Shown: positions 7,565 through 15,528, counted from the stretch's first letter. The stretch is DNA of 15,740 nt from Promethearchaeota archaeon (GCA_016839745.1 JAEOTS010000102.1:1-15740), one strand, 5' to 3'. The notes: a model not told the origin generated them from the sequence alone. Program-made: numbers and translations.

Positions 7565-8074
7565 TTAAAGAAACAGATTTTCTATTAAAATTCTAAAAGT
7601 ATTTTCAATATTTTCCCCAGTCTTCGACGATATTTTTACATAAGTTATTATATTCTCATATTCTTGCGTAATTTCTGAGATGAAATTGTCGATAGCTTGG
7701 TATTCATAAGGCTTAATTAAATCACTTTTGGTTCCTATCAATATAATAGGAATATGTCCGAACTTTTCTAGTGTAACTATCCAATCGTTAACATTTTCTA
7801 TGGTATTGATTCTCGTTAAATCAAAAAGAATAAAAGCGGCCCGAGAACCTCCAACAAAATCATTTAACAGCGTTTTGAATTGAGATTGCCCTGCAAAATC
7901 CCACATTATGAAATTAAATTCAATTCCATTAACATAAATGCTTTTTGAGTAAAAATCAACGCCTCTAGTTAATTCACTATTATCTTCAAAACTATCGTTA
8001 ACGAGGCGATTCAAAAATGAGGTTTTTCCTACTCCGCCATCTCCAGATACTATGACCTTTACCGTTTTTTTCAT
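7565..8074 (-). CDS. Minimal Ras-superfamily (Rab-like) small GTPase, 169 aa
   Basis: G1 GDGGVGKTS, G2 TRGVDF, G3 WDFAGQ, G4 TKSD, G5 ISSKTG. No C-terminal extension. Confidence 0.92.
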   Translation of the reverse strand: MKKTVKVIVSGDGGVGKTSFLNRLVNDSFEDNSELTRGVDFYSKSIYVNGIEFNFIMWDFAGQSQFKTLLNDFVGGSRAAFILFDLTRINTIENVNDWIVTLEKFGHIPIILIGTKSDLIKPYEYQAIDNFISEITQEYENIITYVKISSKTGENIENTFRILIENLFL

Positions 8075-8207
8075 GATTACTATTATCTGTGTAGATAAAG
8101 ATTAAAAACGTTCTAATTACAGTTAATTTGTGTAATATTAACATGTAAAAAAGTTTTTACTTATTTTAAGCATGATAGATTTTTATAAAAGTGTCTAATA
8201 CATATAA

Positions 8208-9581
8208 TTAAATTTCTTCTCTAAGCCTTAATATTTTTTTCTTAAATTTTTTTATCCTAGGGTCGGTTATATTATAGACTTTAAAGCTATCAAGTATTTC
8301 TAAAGCTTTTTGATAGTAGTTGATGCTATTAATAAAATCACCGTATTTTTCAGCATTTTCTGCTTTTTCAATATTGAAATCTAATTCTATATATTTGGAT
8401 TTATGTTCTAAATTAAAGATTTTTTGAGAAATTTTATTAATTTCTTCTTTGAGTTTAAAATCTTTAGCTATAAATAGCGCTTTATTGTACTCATTGAGTG
8501 TAACTTGAAATCTTGAATCTTTTTCTGCCGTTTTTGCTTTACGCATTATTTCCTTGATTAATCTCTGCGCTGAATATATGTCCATCGTTTCTAATTGGTC
8601 TTTCAATGTTTCAATATCAGTATTATTCATGGTAATTGAAGATATTGAGCTAGTTTTTATCTCTTTTTTTTGATCAGCTGCTTGTCCTGATTCAATATTA
8701 TCTGCCATTGCTTCTATTGAAGTGGGAGTGAACACGTTTCTTTCTAAAAGCTGATGAATTTCATAAATAACGACTTCATCTTCAATATTTACGATTTTAT
8801 TAAGGCGTTTCAGCATATTATAAATAAAAAAGAATGGTTTCACCGCAAGCATTTCCTTTGCGAGATTATATATTGCGTTTTGAACTACACTTCTTTTTAC
8901 TTCTTCTAACTCATACGGGGGGATTGAGCGAGCTAATGTCATTGGAAACATAAGATTTATATTAAATGACTCTACGATAGCATTAATCATATTTTTAAAA
9001 TCAATAGCACCGGTATCTTGAAATATAACAAGCTCATCTTCGAAGGATTGTTCAAATTCTTCTACAAATCGAAAAGTATGATTTTTCAGTTTATTGGAAG
9101 CTTTATGATCGAGTATTAAACACACTCTAACGTAATCTCCATCCTTGAGAAGAATGTTAAAACTTTTGTATTGAAATTCATAAAAATGGAATTCCAACGA
9201 AGGTATAATATATTGGTCTGAAACTTCTCCCGATTCGGAAAAAGTTATATTAGCTTGAATAAAGCCACTCAATAAATCAGCATCGATATCGACTCCAGAG
9301 ACTGCGTAGTTTAACAAGGTTAGCCCTGATCCCTTATCCATTATAATTATGTGCTTAATATTTAACACATCCAAGAATTTCCGCCAAATTGTTTCTCTTT
9401 CCAATTTCAGCTGCTTTTCAATGGAATCTACTTTATAAATCTCTATAGTTGAATCGAATTCGAACCCTAATTCCTTTAATCGGGTTTTTATACATTCTAT
9501 GCAAGATTGCTTGTCTTTTGGGCACTTATTCTCGTTATACCCGCAATTATATCCTAAACCGTTAATCTTAAAGTAAACCAT
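8208..9581 (-). CDS. Longin-like domain protein with N-terminal 4-Cys motif and C-terminal TPR-like helices
   Basis: IKHIIIMDKGSGLTLL...DADLLSGFIQANITFS...EFQYKSFNILLKDGDYVRVCLILD followed by helices fits the longin beta-beta-alpha-beta-beta-beta-alpha-alpha order. The C-terminal KAKTAEKD..EYNKAL and KAENAEKYGDF..SINYYQKALEI segments are TPR-like. Confidence 0.68.
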   Translation of the reverse strand: MVYFKINGLGYNCGYNENKCPKDKQSCIECIKTRLKELGFEFDSTIEIYKVDSIEKQLKLERETIWRKFLDVLNIKHIIIMDKGSGLTLLNYAVSGVDIDADLLSGFIQANITFSESGEVSDQYIIPSLEFHFYEFQYKSFNILLKDGDYVRVCLILDHKASNKLKNHTFRFVEEFEQSFEDELVIFQDTGAIDFKNMINAIVESFNINLMFPMTLARSIPPYELEEVKRSVVQNAIYNLAKEMLAVKPFFFIYNMLKRLNKIVNIEDEVVIYEIHQLLERNVFTPTSIEAMADNIESGQAADQKKEIKTSSISSITMNNTDIETLKDQLETMDIYSAQRLIKEIMRKAKTAEKDSRFQVTLNEYNKALFIAKDFKLKEEINKISQKIFNLEHKSKYIELDFNIEKAENAEKYGDFINSINYYQKALEILDSFKVYNITDPRIKKFKKKILRLREEI

Positions 9582-9704
9582 GAAAAACCCCTGAAATGAA
9601 TCTGTGCTTTCTAAAAAATTCTTAATATTATTATTTGCGAGGCTATTTCTAAAATAATGGAAGTTCTTCCTCTTAAAATTAAGTTAAACGAAAAAAAAAA
9701 AGGG

Positions 9705-9712
9705 TTTATAAA
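9705..9712. promoter_or_regulatory. Candidate TATA box in the divergent intergenic region
   Basis: Palindromic TTTATAAA preceded by a purine run (A11-GGG, BRE-like). The AT-rich background limits specificity. Confidence 0.3.
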
Positions 9713-9805
9713 AGAATTTTACAAAATAATGTTTAGAATAGATAAGTTATTTTAATGTAATATTAAAATAGAATTATCTTCTTTAAAGTCAAAAGGTTAT
9801 AAAAA

Positions 9806-10624
9806 ATGGAAAGTAAAAAGAAAAAGTTTCTATATAGTACTCTTACCATAATTATCGTTTTAACGATCTTCTTTAGCGTATTATATTCATTATTCTGGTC
9901 GGAATTAATTGATGCGATCTTTAGTAGTGAAGGTTTATGGATAGGCGTAGTTGTTATTATCTGCAGAACCTTAATACTAGGAATTATGTCGTTCTTTCTT
10001 TATCGAAAGTGGTTAAGACAAGAAGCAATTTACATATCAGACGCTTACTTTTTATTTGGATCGTTTTTTGGAATATTAGCTTGCGCAAAAGTCTACGATC
10101 TCTTTTATAATTTAATTGTGATCTCTGACGCTTTTAGTACTGATTTCACCTTACTTCTAGTAAAAATAAGATTTTTCATAATAATTGTAAACTTAATCCC
10201 TATATTGTACATCGGTTTAGACGCGATCCTAGTATATATTAACATGAATAAAAATAAAGAGATGAATAAGAAGCAGTTCAACAAGTTAAGGTTAAGAATA
10301 ATGTTTGGATTTGCTTTGGTAACGGCCTTGGTTATTATCTTAGCACCAACATTAAATTTTCTTAATCTCGTGTTCCCTTTCATTACACTGTTAATCTATA
10401 TTGCAATTGCTTTTATGTTTTTGTTCATGTACAAAAATAAGCGCCTTACTCAAGCTAACGGATTGATAATCGGGATTGCTTTTATTTGCTTTATCGCTTC
10501 AAACTTGCTGAGAACGATCTTAATAAATATAAATCTTTCTTATAACATTTTTGCCGAATTTATCGATATTGGTGTCAATTTATTCATGTTTATGGGATTC
10601 ATTTCCAAACCTAAATACGCTTAA
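9806..10624 (+). CDS. Multi-pass membrane protein (about 7-8 TM helices), function unknown
   Basis: About eight hydrophobic stretches separated by short basic loops (YRKWLRQ, NKNKEMNKKQFNKLR, YKNKRL). Confidence 0.8.
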   Translation: MESKKKKFLYSTLTIIIVLTIFFSVLYSLFWSELIDAIFSSEGLWIGVVVIICRTLILGIMSFFLYRKWLRQEAIYISDAYFLFGSFFGILACAKVYDLFYNLIVISDAFSTDFTLLLVKIRFFIIIVNLIPILYIGLDAILVYINMNKNKEMNKKQFNKLRLRIMFGFALVTALVIILAPTLNFLNLVFPFITLLIYIAIAFMFLFMYKNKRLTQANGLIIGIAFICFIASNLLRTILININLSYNIFAEFIDIGVNLFMFMGFISKPKYA

Positions 10625-10665
10625 CGACACTTTTCTAACGATCTAAATAAAGGTAAATCTGACCC

Positions 10666-10675
10666 TTTTTTTTTT
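10666..10675 (+). terminator. Oligo-T archaeal terminator candidate
   Basis: T10 run about 40 nt after the stop codon of 9806..10624. Confidence 0.45.
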
Positions 10676-10766
10676 GAATTTTACACTTTTAGTATTCTTC
10701 TTTAGTTTGGAGGATTATTTTCGAGCTTTAAAAACATTAATTTAAAAATATTATAAGAATAACCAT

Positions 10767-11477
10767 TTGGTGGTTTTATTGAAGATAATTAAAAATTGGA
10801 AATTATTTGCCTCATTATTTATAATATTCGGTCCCGCTCAGTACATAATATTAACAGCTGTAGCTATGTTGTTTTACGCAGGAGGAACTATGATAAATCC
10901 TCTAAGCCCAGGGTATTATTTTTGGGGCAATTTTTTTAGCGATTTAGGCCGTGTTATAGCGCTTTCCGGAGCTCCAAATGTCGTTTCCTTTACTATATTT
11001 ACAACTACAGCAATAATACTAAGTATTTCTTTTATCCCCTTTGCGTTCGTAATCTCGTCGTATTTTAAAAGCAATAAAAAGCAGTATTTAGTAGCTAGAA
11101 TAGGTTCGTTAATCTGCCTAACTTCCATTGTTTTTTTAATAGGTACTATTCTTACTCCTTGGGATATCTTTGACAGAACGCACTTGATGTTTGCTAATCT
11201 GTTTAACCTTACCGGTGTGCTTGGCATAGTTTTTTTTACTATTGCCGTTCTATACAATAAAAACTACCCTAATTTATACGGTTTCGTATATATCGCGTTG
11301 CTAATCATAGCAGTTATTTACACCATAGTTTTAGTCAGCATACCAAAAGCCATAACGCTAGATGGACTAATATTACAAGCTTCTATGCAAAAGTTCTCTC
11401 AATATTCTTTCTTACTCTGCTTTTTAATTCAAGGATACGGAGCTTGGAAACTACAAAAATATAAAGTGAAGTTATAG
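10767..11477 (+). CDS. DUF998-like membrane protein (about 6 TM)
   Basis: TM1 is followed by Y..WGNFFSDLG (DUF998-type N.[IF]SDLG) and a His after P.D (TPWDIFDRTH). The start codon is uncertain (TTG/GTG options near 10767-10781). Confidence 0.7.
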   Translation: MVVLLKIIKNWKLFASLFIIFGPAQYIILTAVAMLFYAGGTMINPLSPGYYFWGNFFSDLGRVIALSGAPNVVSFTIFTTTAIILSISFIPFAFVISSYFKSNKKQYLVARIGSLICLTSIVFLIGTILTPWDIFDRTHLMFANLFNLTGVLGIVFFTIAVLYNKNYPNLYGFVYIALLIIAVIYTIVLVSIPKAITLDGLILQASMQKFSQYSFLLCFLIQGYGAWKLQKYKVKL

Positions 11478-11568
11478 ATTTTAAACCTCAGTCTTGAAAA
11501 CTTTCTGTTTTAAGGTTGAGTATTTTATTCTTTTTTTATGCTTTTTGTTCTAATTGAATTTTTATATC

Positions 11569-13047
11569 TTAGGAAAAATTCGTATTTTTTGATTCTTGAA
11601 CTAAAATGCTAAAATTCTTAACCATTTCTTCCAAACTGGGAAAATTCGGCAGATGGTGCTCACCTAACTGATTTGAAATTCTCTGTACTTCCTTCGCTTC
11701 ACCAACTAACCAGAAGTAAAATGGTTTGGGAGATTTTTCAGCAATACTTATGATTTCATCAATATTATTCAATGCTCGAAATTGCTTTGAGCAAAACAGC
11801 ATATTAAAGATTCCCTCTATATTGGGATCATTTAATAAGGCATTGTAGACTTGAATTGTTACAACTTCTGGCTTTACCTTGTTCATCATCGCCTTTTCCA
11901 TTGCAGGCCAAATATCTACAAAAGCAAACCGGTTTGGAGGCATCCAATCGGGAAATACATCAACGAGTACACTGTAAGTTTTATCTTCTAGAATGGGAAG
12001 TTTTAAACCGTATTTCATAGTAAGATCGGCAGTTATTGATCCAGCTCCTCCAGAACCTGCTACGAATGAAACATTACCCTTCTTAGGAAAGGTTATACCA
12101 GTTTTATACATATTTGAGAATGAACGAGCGTATTGAAAAAGTTCGTAAAAACTGTTAACATAAATTACTCCTGATTGTTTAATAACTCCATTAATTAATC
12201 GCGCATTTTCTGCCATAGAACCTGTATGGCTAAGAACAGCTTTTTGACCTTGAGAGGTAACCCCACCTCTAAGCAAGATAATCGTCTTATTTGGCATAGA
12301 TCTGGCTTTTTTACATAGATCAATAAATTTCCTCGGATTTTTAAACGATTCTAAATAAATAGCAATAACATTTACAGTATCGTCCGTTAGCATATATTCT
12401 AAAAATTCTATTTCGCTCAAGTCCGTTTTATTTCCAATCGAACAGGAATATCTAAATCCTAAGTTTGGATATTTCGTCATTATATGCATGAGATATCCCC
12501 CATTCAACATTCCGGATTGACTAATTAGCGCAATGTTGCCTCTTTTAAAAGTAGAAAACACGCCAAATCCGGAGAAAAATCCTTCTTTTTCCTCGCTGTC
12601 GCTATCGCCATCAAAAGTACTAAGCCCCATACAATTAGGTCCGACGATTCTGATTTTCGTGAAGTTTCGCGTTATCTCGATTATTTTTTTCTTCAATTCC
12701 AGCCCTTTTTCACCAACTTCTTCGAACCCTGATGCTTCAATTATCGCACCTTTAACGCCCTTTTTTATACAATCTTTTAGAAGGTCAGGAATAAATCGAT
12801 TTGGAACGTAAAAAATCGCGATATCTACATCATCTTCAATATCCAAAATCGATCTTTTGAAATCTAAACCATATAGTTTACCTTCTGCGTTTGGGTTAAC
12901 AAGATAAACTTTTCCTTTGTAATTATTAGTAATAAGGTTAGTAGTGATTCGAAATCCGCCTTTTGCAAATTTTTTTGAGGCTCCAATGACAGCGACAGAT
13001 TTTGGATGTAAAAACACATCTATTATTTCCGCATTTAGCAATACCAA
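11569..13047 (-). CDS. ADP-forming acyl-CoA synthetase / acetate-CoA ligase alpha-subunit family protein
   Basis: CoA-binding PKSVAVIGAS, VNP, SGFEEVG, GPNCMG, ISQSG, SIGNKTD, YLES, the phospho-His motif SHTGS, and SGGAG. The real start is probably TTG at 13047 or 13041 rather than 13146, because family similarity begins near DVFLHPKS. Confidence 0.9.
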   Translation of the reverse strand: MVLLNAEIIDVFLHPKSVAVIGASKKFAKGGFRITTNLITNNYKGKVYLVNPNAEGKLYGLDFKRSILDIEDDVDIAIFYVPNRFIPDLLKDCIKKGVKGAIIEASGFEEVGEKGLELKKKIIEITRNFTKIRIVGPNCMGLSTFDGDSDSEEKEGFFSGFGVFSTFKRGNIALISQSGMLNGGYLMHIMTKYPNLGFRYSCSIGNKTDLSEIEFLEYMLTDDTVNVIAIYLESFKNPRKFIDLCKKARSMPNKTIILLRGGVTSQGQKAVLSHTGSMAENARLINGVIKQSGVIYVNSFYELFQYARSFSNMYKTGITFPKKGNVSFVAGSGGAGSITADLTMKYGLKLPILEDKTYSVLVDVFPDWMPPNRFAFVDIWPAMEKAMMNKVKPEVVTIQVYNALLNDPNIEGIFNMLFCSKQFRALNNIDEIISIAEKSPKPFYFWLVGEAKEVQRISNQLGEHHLPNFPSLEEMVKNFSILVQESKNTNFS

Positions 13048-13250
13048 GCAACCGTTTGATTTTTTTAAGGTGAAATCTTTTAAATTAAATCTGACTGAAA
13101 GTGTTAATAAAATGTAACCAGTTTCATAGGAAAAAGAATGAACCAAGTTAAATTATTCGAAATATAATATTTTATTTACAATAGTTAGAAATATAGAAAA
13201 CTCTCATAGTCATCTTCTTTATAATCCTGATCTTACATTCCAATAGTACA

Positions 13251-13472
13251 ATGCAAAATATTGATTGGAATGTGTATCGTCATCCTAAATTTCTTCAGTC
13301 TTTAGATATGACATTAAACGAGCGTAAATTCTTGAACCTATTCTTAAAGAGAAACAAATTTGAAAATATAGGAAATTTAGCACATACGCGAAAAATTAGG
13401 TTAGTTACAGCTTCTAAAGGATTCAATTCCTCAAAATATCTCGCTCAAGAAAAAGTCGGTGTCGACATTTAG
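13251..13472 (+). CDS. Possible small hypothetical protein or gene remnant (73 aa)
   Basis: ATG-started ORF in an otherwise ~600-nt intergenic gap. No recognisable motif. Confidence 0.3.
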   Translation: MQNIDWNVYRHPKFLQSLDMTLNERKFLNLFLKRNKFENIGNLAHTRKIRLVTASKGFNSSKYLAQEKVGVDI

Positions 13473-13581
13473 TAGGATTCTTTTAGAATTCACATCTAAT
13501 TTTTAATGTAGACACTTATTAATCCTCTTTCTGTTTATCTTTGCTTATTTTAGCTTAAAAAATTAAAACTCAATACAAACA

Positions 13582-13638
13582 TTTAAATAGAAAAAGTAAT
13601 AATTGTTTTTATAGTAAAAAGATTTTTTACAGTAAAAA
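13582..13638 (+). promoter_or_regulatory. TATA box plus tandem palindromic operator candidate upstream of the HTH gene
   Basis: TTTAAATA at 13582-13589, then TTTTTATAGTAAAAA (13606-13620) and TTTTTACAGTAAAAA (13624-13638). The ATG is at 13655. Confidence 0.55.
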
Positions 13639-13654
13639 TGTATTGTGATTTTTT

Positions 13655-14089
13655 ATGCCAGAAAAAGAAGAAAAAAAAGGAAAAAAAAAGCCAATCTTCG
13701 AAAAAGTGGGTCTTGTGTTTCGAAATCCTATGCGAGTAGAAATACTTAGGGAGCTATCTTCAAGTTCTCAACGACCCGTAGATTTAGCAAATAAATTGGA
13801 TGTTGAACGCCAAAACATTAATTATCACATAGGTGCGTTAAAAAGAGGAGGAATAATTAAAACTCAGAAGATGGAAGTCTCAAAGGAGGAGGCTTCAAAA
13901 ATGAAAGGCGCTATTGTAAATAAAGCGACTGAGAATGGAAAATTAAAAATCTCTTATGGAGTCGAACTTACAAAGAACGGAAAAGATATAGCTAACCAAT
14001 TTATAGACCCTCTTTATGAAGAAGCAAATTTGGAAGAAGAGCATAAAGAAAAACGCAATAATAAAAAAAAGGAGGAAAATAGATTATGA
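13655..14089 (+). CDS. ArsR-like winged helix-turn-helix transcriptional regulator
   Basis: FRNPMRVEILRELSSSSQRPVDLANKLDVERQNINYHIGALKRGGII matches the ArsR/HTH_20 pattern. The wing ends at VELTKNG. Confidence 0.85.
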   Translation: MPEKEEKKGKKKPIFEKVGLVFRNPMRVEILRELSSSSQRPVDLANKLDVERQNINYHIGALKRGGIIKTQKMEVSKEEASKMKGAIVNKATENGKLKISYGVELTKNGKDIANQFIDPLYEEANLEEEHKEKRNNKKKEENRL

Positions 14090-15117
14090 AGAATGTAAGC
14101 GTTCAAATTGTCGAAATGTTATTCGAAAATCCATTAGAAATTTTGGAATTTGATACACCTCAATCTCACGGTAATATGACAATAATCCCGATTATTTATA
14201 AGGGTAAAACCTTAGAATTTATTAGCGTTAAAGAAGCCGAAGAACTTGGTTTAATTAGCATAAATGAAACAGATACTGTTAGTCAATTGGAAGTTATTAA
14301 CAATAGCGATAAACAAGTCTTAATCCCTTTTGGTGTAACTGTTCACGGTGGGAAACAAGATAGAACCATTTGGGAACCGATCCTATTGGCAGCAGGAGGA
14401 AAGCAAAACATATCTAACACAAATAAGGGATCAATGGAACAAAAATACACGATCCCAGCGAAATGTGTTGAACAATCGAGATGGAATTATCGCAAGGGGA
14501 AGGGATTTAAATCTTCCAGTACAAGGCTACATCCTAACGTTGCTTACGAAGCTATATCTTCTGTCGGTCAAGGCTCAGTTTGGAACGAAATCCAAGCGTA
14601 TAGAACCGAAATGAAATACGGTAGTGGGATTGCCCCGACTCAGAGCTATCTTGAGATGACTGACAATATTGATAAAGAAACAAACGGTATTGTAAATTCG
14701 TTTAGAAATGTTGAGAATCAGTGTGGAATAGCTACTTTTATCAACGGTGAGTTTATTGGTATAGAATTTTACTCAAACGTACAAGTTTGGGAAAAAATGA
14801 GTAAAGACATCCTTAAAGCATTTGCCATCGAATCCCTAAGGTTTAAAGACAAAGCATTTAATGAGAAATCAGATCTGAGTGAGAGGCAATTGATAAAGGC
14901 TTTACAGAGCCTTAAATTGAATTTCACTACAAGAAAAGGCATTGGTCTTGGTGAAGTTGTTGAATTCGAGTCAAAAAATAAAAAATGGAGAGGTAATACT
15001 CTAGTGCACGACAACTCGTTAGTTCAGTTTTATATCGTGTCGAAAAGAGGGGGTAGCACGCAGACGAATCAGAGGGAACAGTTTTTCCAAACGAATATTA
15101 GCCAAAGATATATTTAA
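14086..15117 (+). CDS. ARPP-1 (DUF6569)-like domain protein
   Basis: TVSQLEVINNSDKQVLI..G..VHGGKQDRTI, CVEQSRW, QGSVW.EI and the later Q.G....ING..IGIEF..S match my recollection of DUF6569/ARPP-1 motifs. It overlaps the HTH gene by ATGA and has AAGGAGG at 14069-14075. Confidence 0.75.
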   Translation: MKNVSVQIVEMLFENPLEILEFDTPQSHGNMTIIPIIYKGKTLEFISVKEAEELGLISINETDTVSQLEVINNSDKQVLIPFGVTVHGGKQDRTIWEPILLAAGGKQNISNTNKGSMEQKYTIPAKCVEQSRWNYRKGKGFKSSSTRLHPNVAYEAISSVGQGSVWNEIQAYRTEMKYGSGIAPTQSYLEMTDNIDKETNGIVNSFRNVENQCGIATFINGEFIGIEFYSNVQVWEKMSKDILKAFAIESLRFKDKAFNEKSDLSERQLIKALQSLKLNFTTRKGIGLGEVVEFESKNKKWRGNTLVHDNSLVQFYIVSKRGGSTQTNQREQFFQTNISQRYI

Positions 15118-15162
15118 TCTGCAAAAATGAAACATTAGAAGTTTTCGAATAGAAAAATATCA

Positions 15163-15173
15163 TTTTTTTTTTT
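15163..15173 (+). terminator. Oligo-T terminator candidate of the HTH/ARPP-1 operon
   Basis: T11 run about 45 nt after the stop at 15117. Confidence 0.45.
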
Positions 15174-15288
15174 AATTCTTGCTTGTTAATATCTTTGAAG
15201 CAAAGTGTTATATGCTTTTAATACTTAAATTGAAGTTAAAATTTAAAGTAACATAAACCAAAACTACAAATTTAAAGGTAGATATAAA

Positions 15289-15498
15289 GTGAAGATTAAT
15301 AAAATCTCAATTAATTTACTAGCTCGTTCTCTCAGCCATGCCAATTCATCGGAAGTCAAAACCATAAAATATGAAAAAGAAAAATTTTATTCCCGAGCTT
15401 TAGCATATATCGAAGATTTTATGGATAAGAACGGATATGACCTCGTGAATGTGCATGGTTCAGATAGAGTGTACGTATTCCACCAAATTAAACGGTAA
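15289..15498 (+). CDS. Small hypothetical protein (69 aa)
   Basis: GTG start with AAGGT upstream, a plausible alpha/beta pattern, and a T13 run at 15529-15541 downstream. It converges neatly on the gene ending at 15567. Confidence 0.55.
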   Translation: MKINKISINLLARSLSHANSSEVKTIKYEKEKFYSRALAYIEDFMDKNGYDLVNVHGSDRVYVFHQIKR

Positions 15499-15528
15499 AA
15501 CCACTAATAAGATTAGAAATTTGCCACC

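Noticed and set aside
10105-10383. 92-aa minus-strand ORF
   Set aside because: Antisense shadow of the membrane protein gene.
9806-10624. Rhodopsin or GPCR call for the multi-TM protein
   Set aside because: No retinal-binding Lys motif in the last helix and no GPCR signature motifs recognised; left as unknown.
10916-11257. 113-aa minus-strand ORF
   Set aside because: Antisense shadow of the DUF998-like gene; its Lys-richness mirrors TTT codons.
12533-12811. 92-aa plus-strand ORF
   Set aside because: Antisense to the ACD alpha gene.
13048-13146. N-terminal 33-aa extension of the ACD ORF in the track
   Set aside because: It precedes the family-typical start region, and downstream in-frame TTG codons fit better.
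14348-14614. 88-aa alternative-frame ORF
   Set aside because: Nested in the ARPP-1-like gene, whose own frame carries the conserved motifs.
14769-15014. 81-aa minus-strand ORF
   Set aside because: Antisense shadow of the ARPP-1-like gene.
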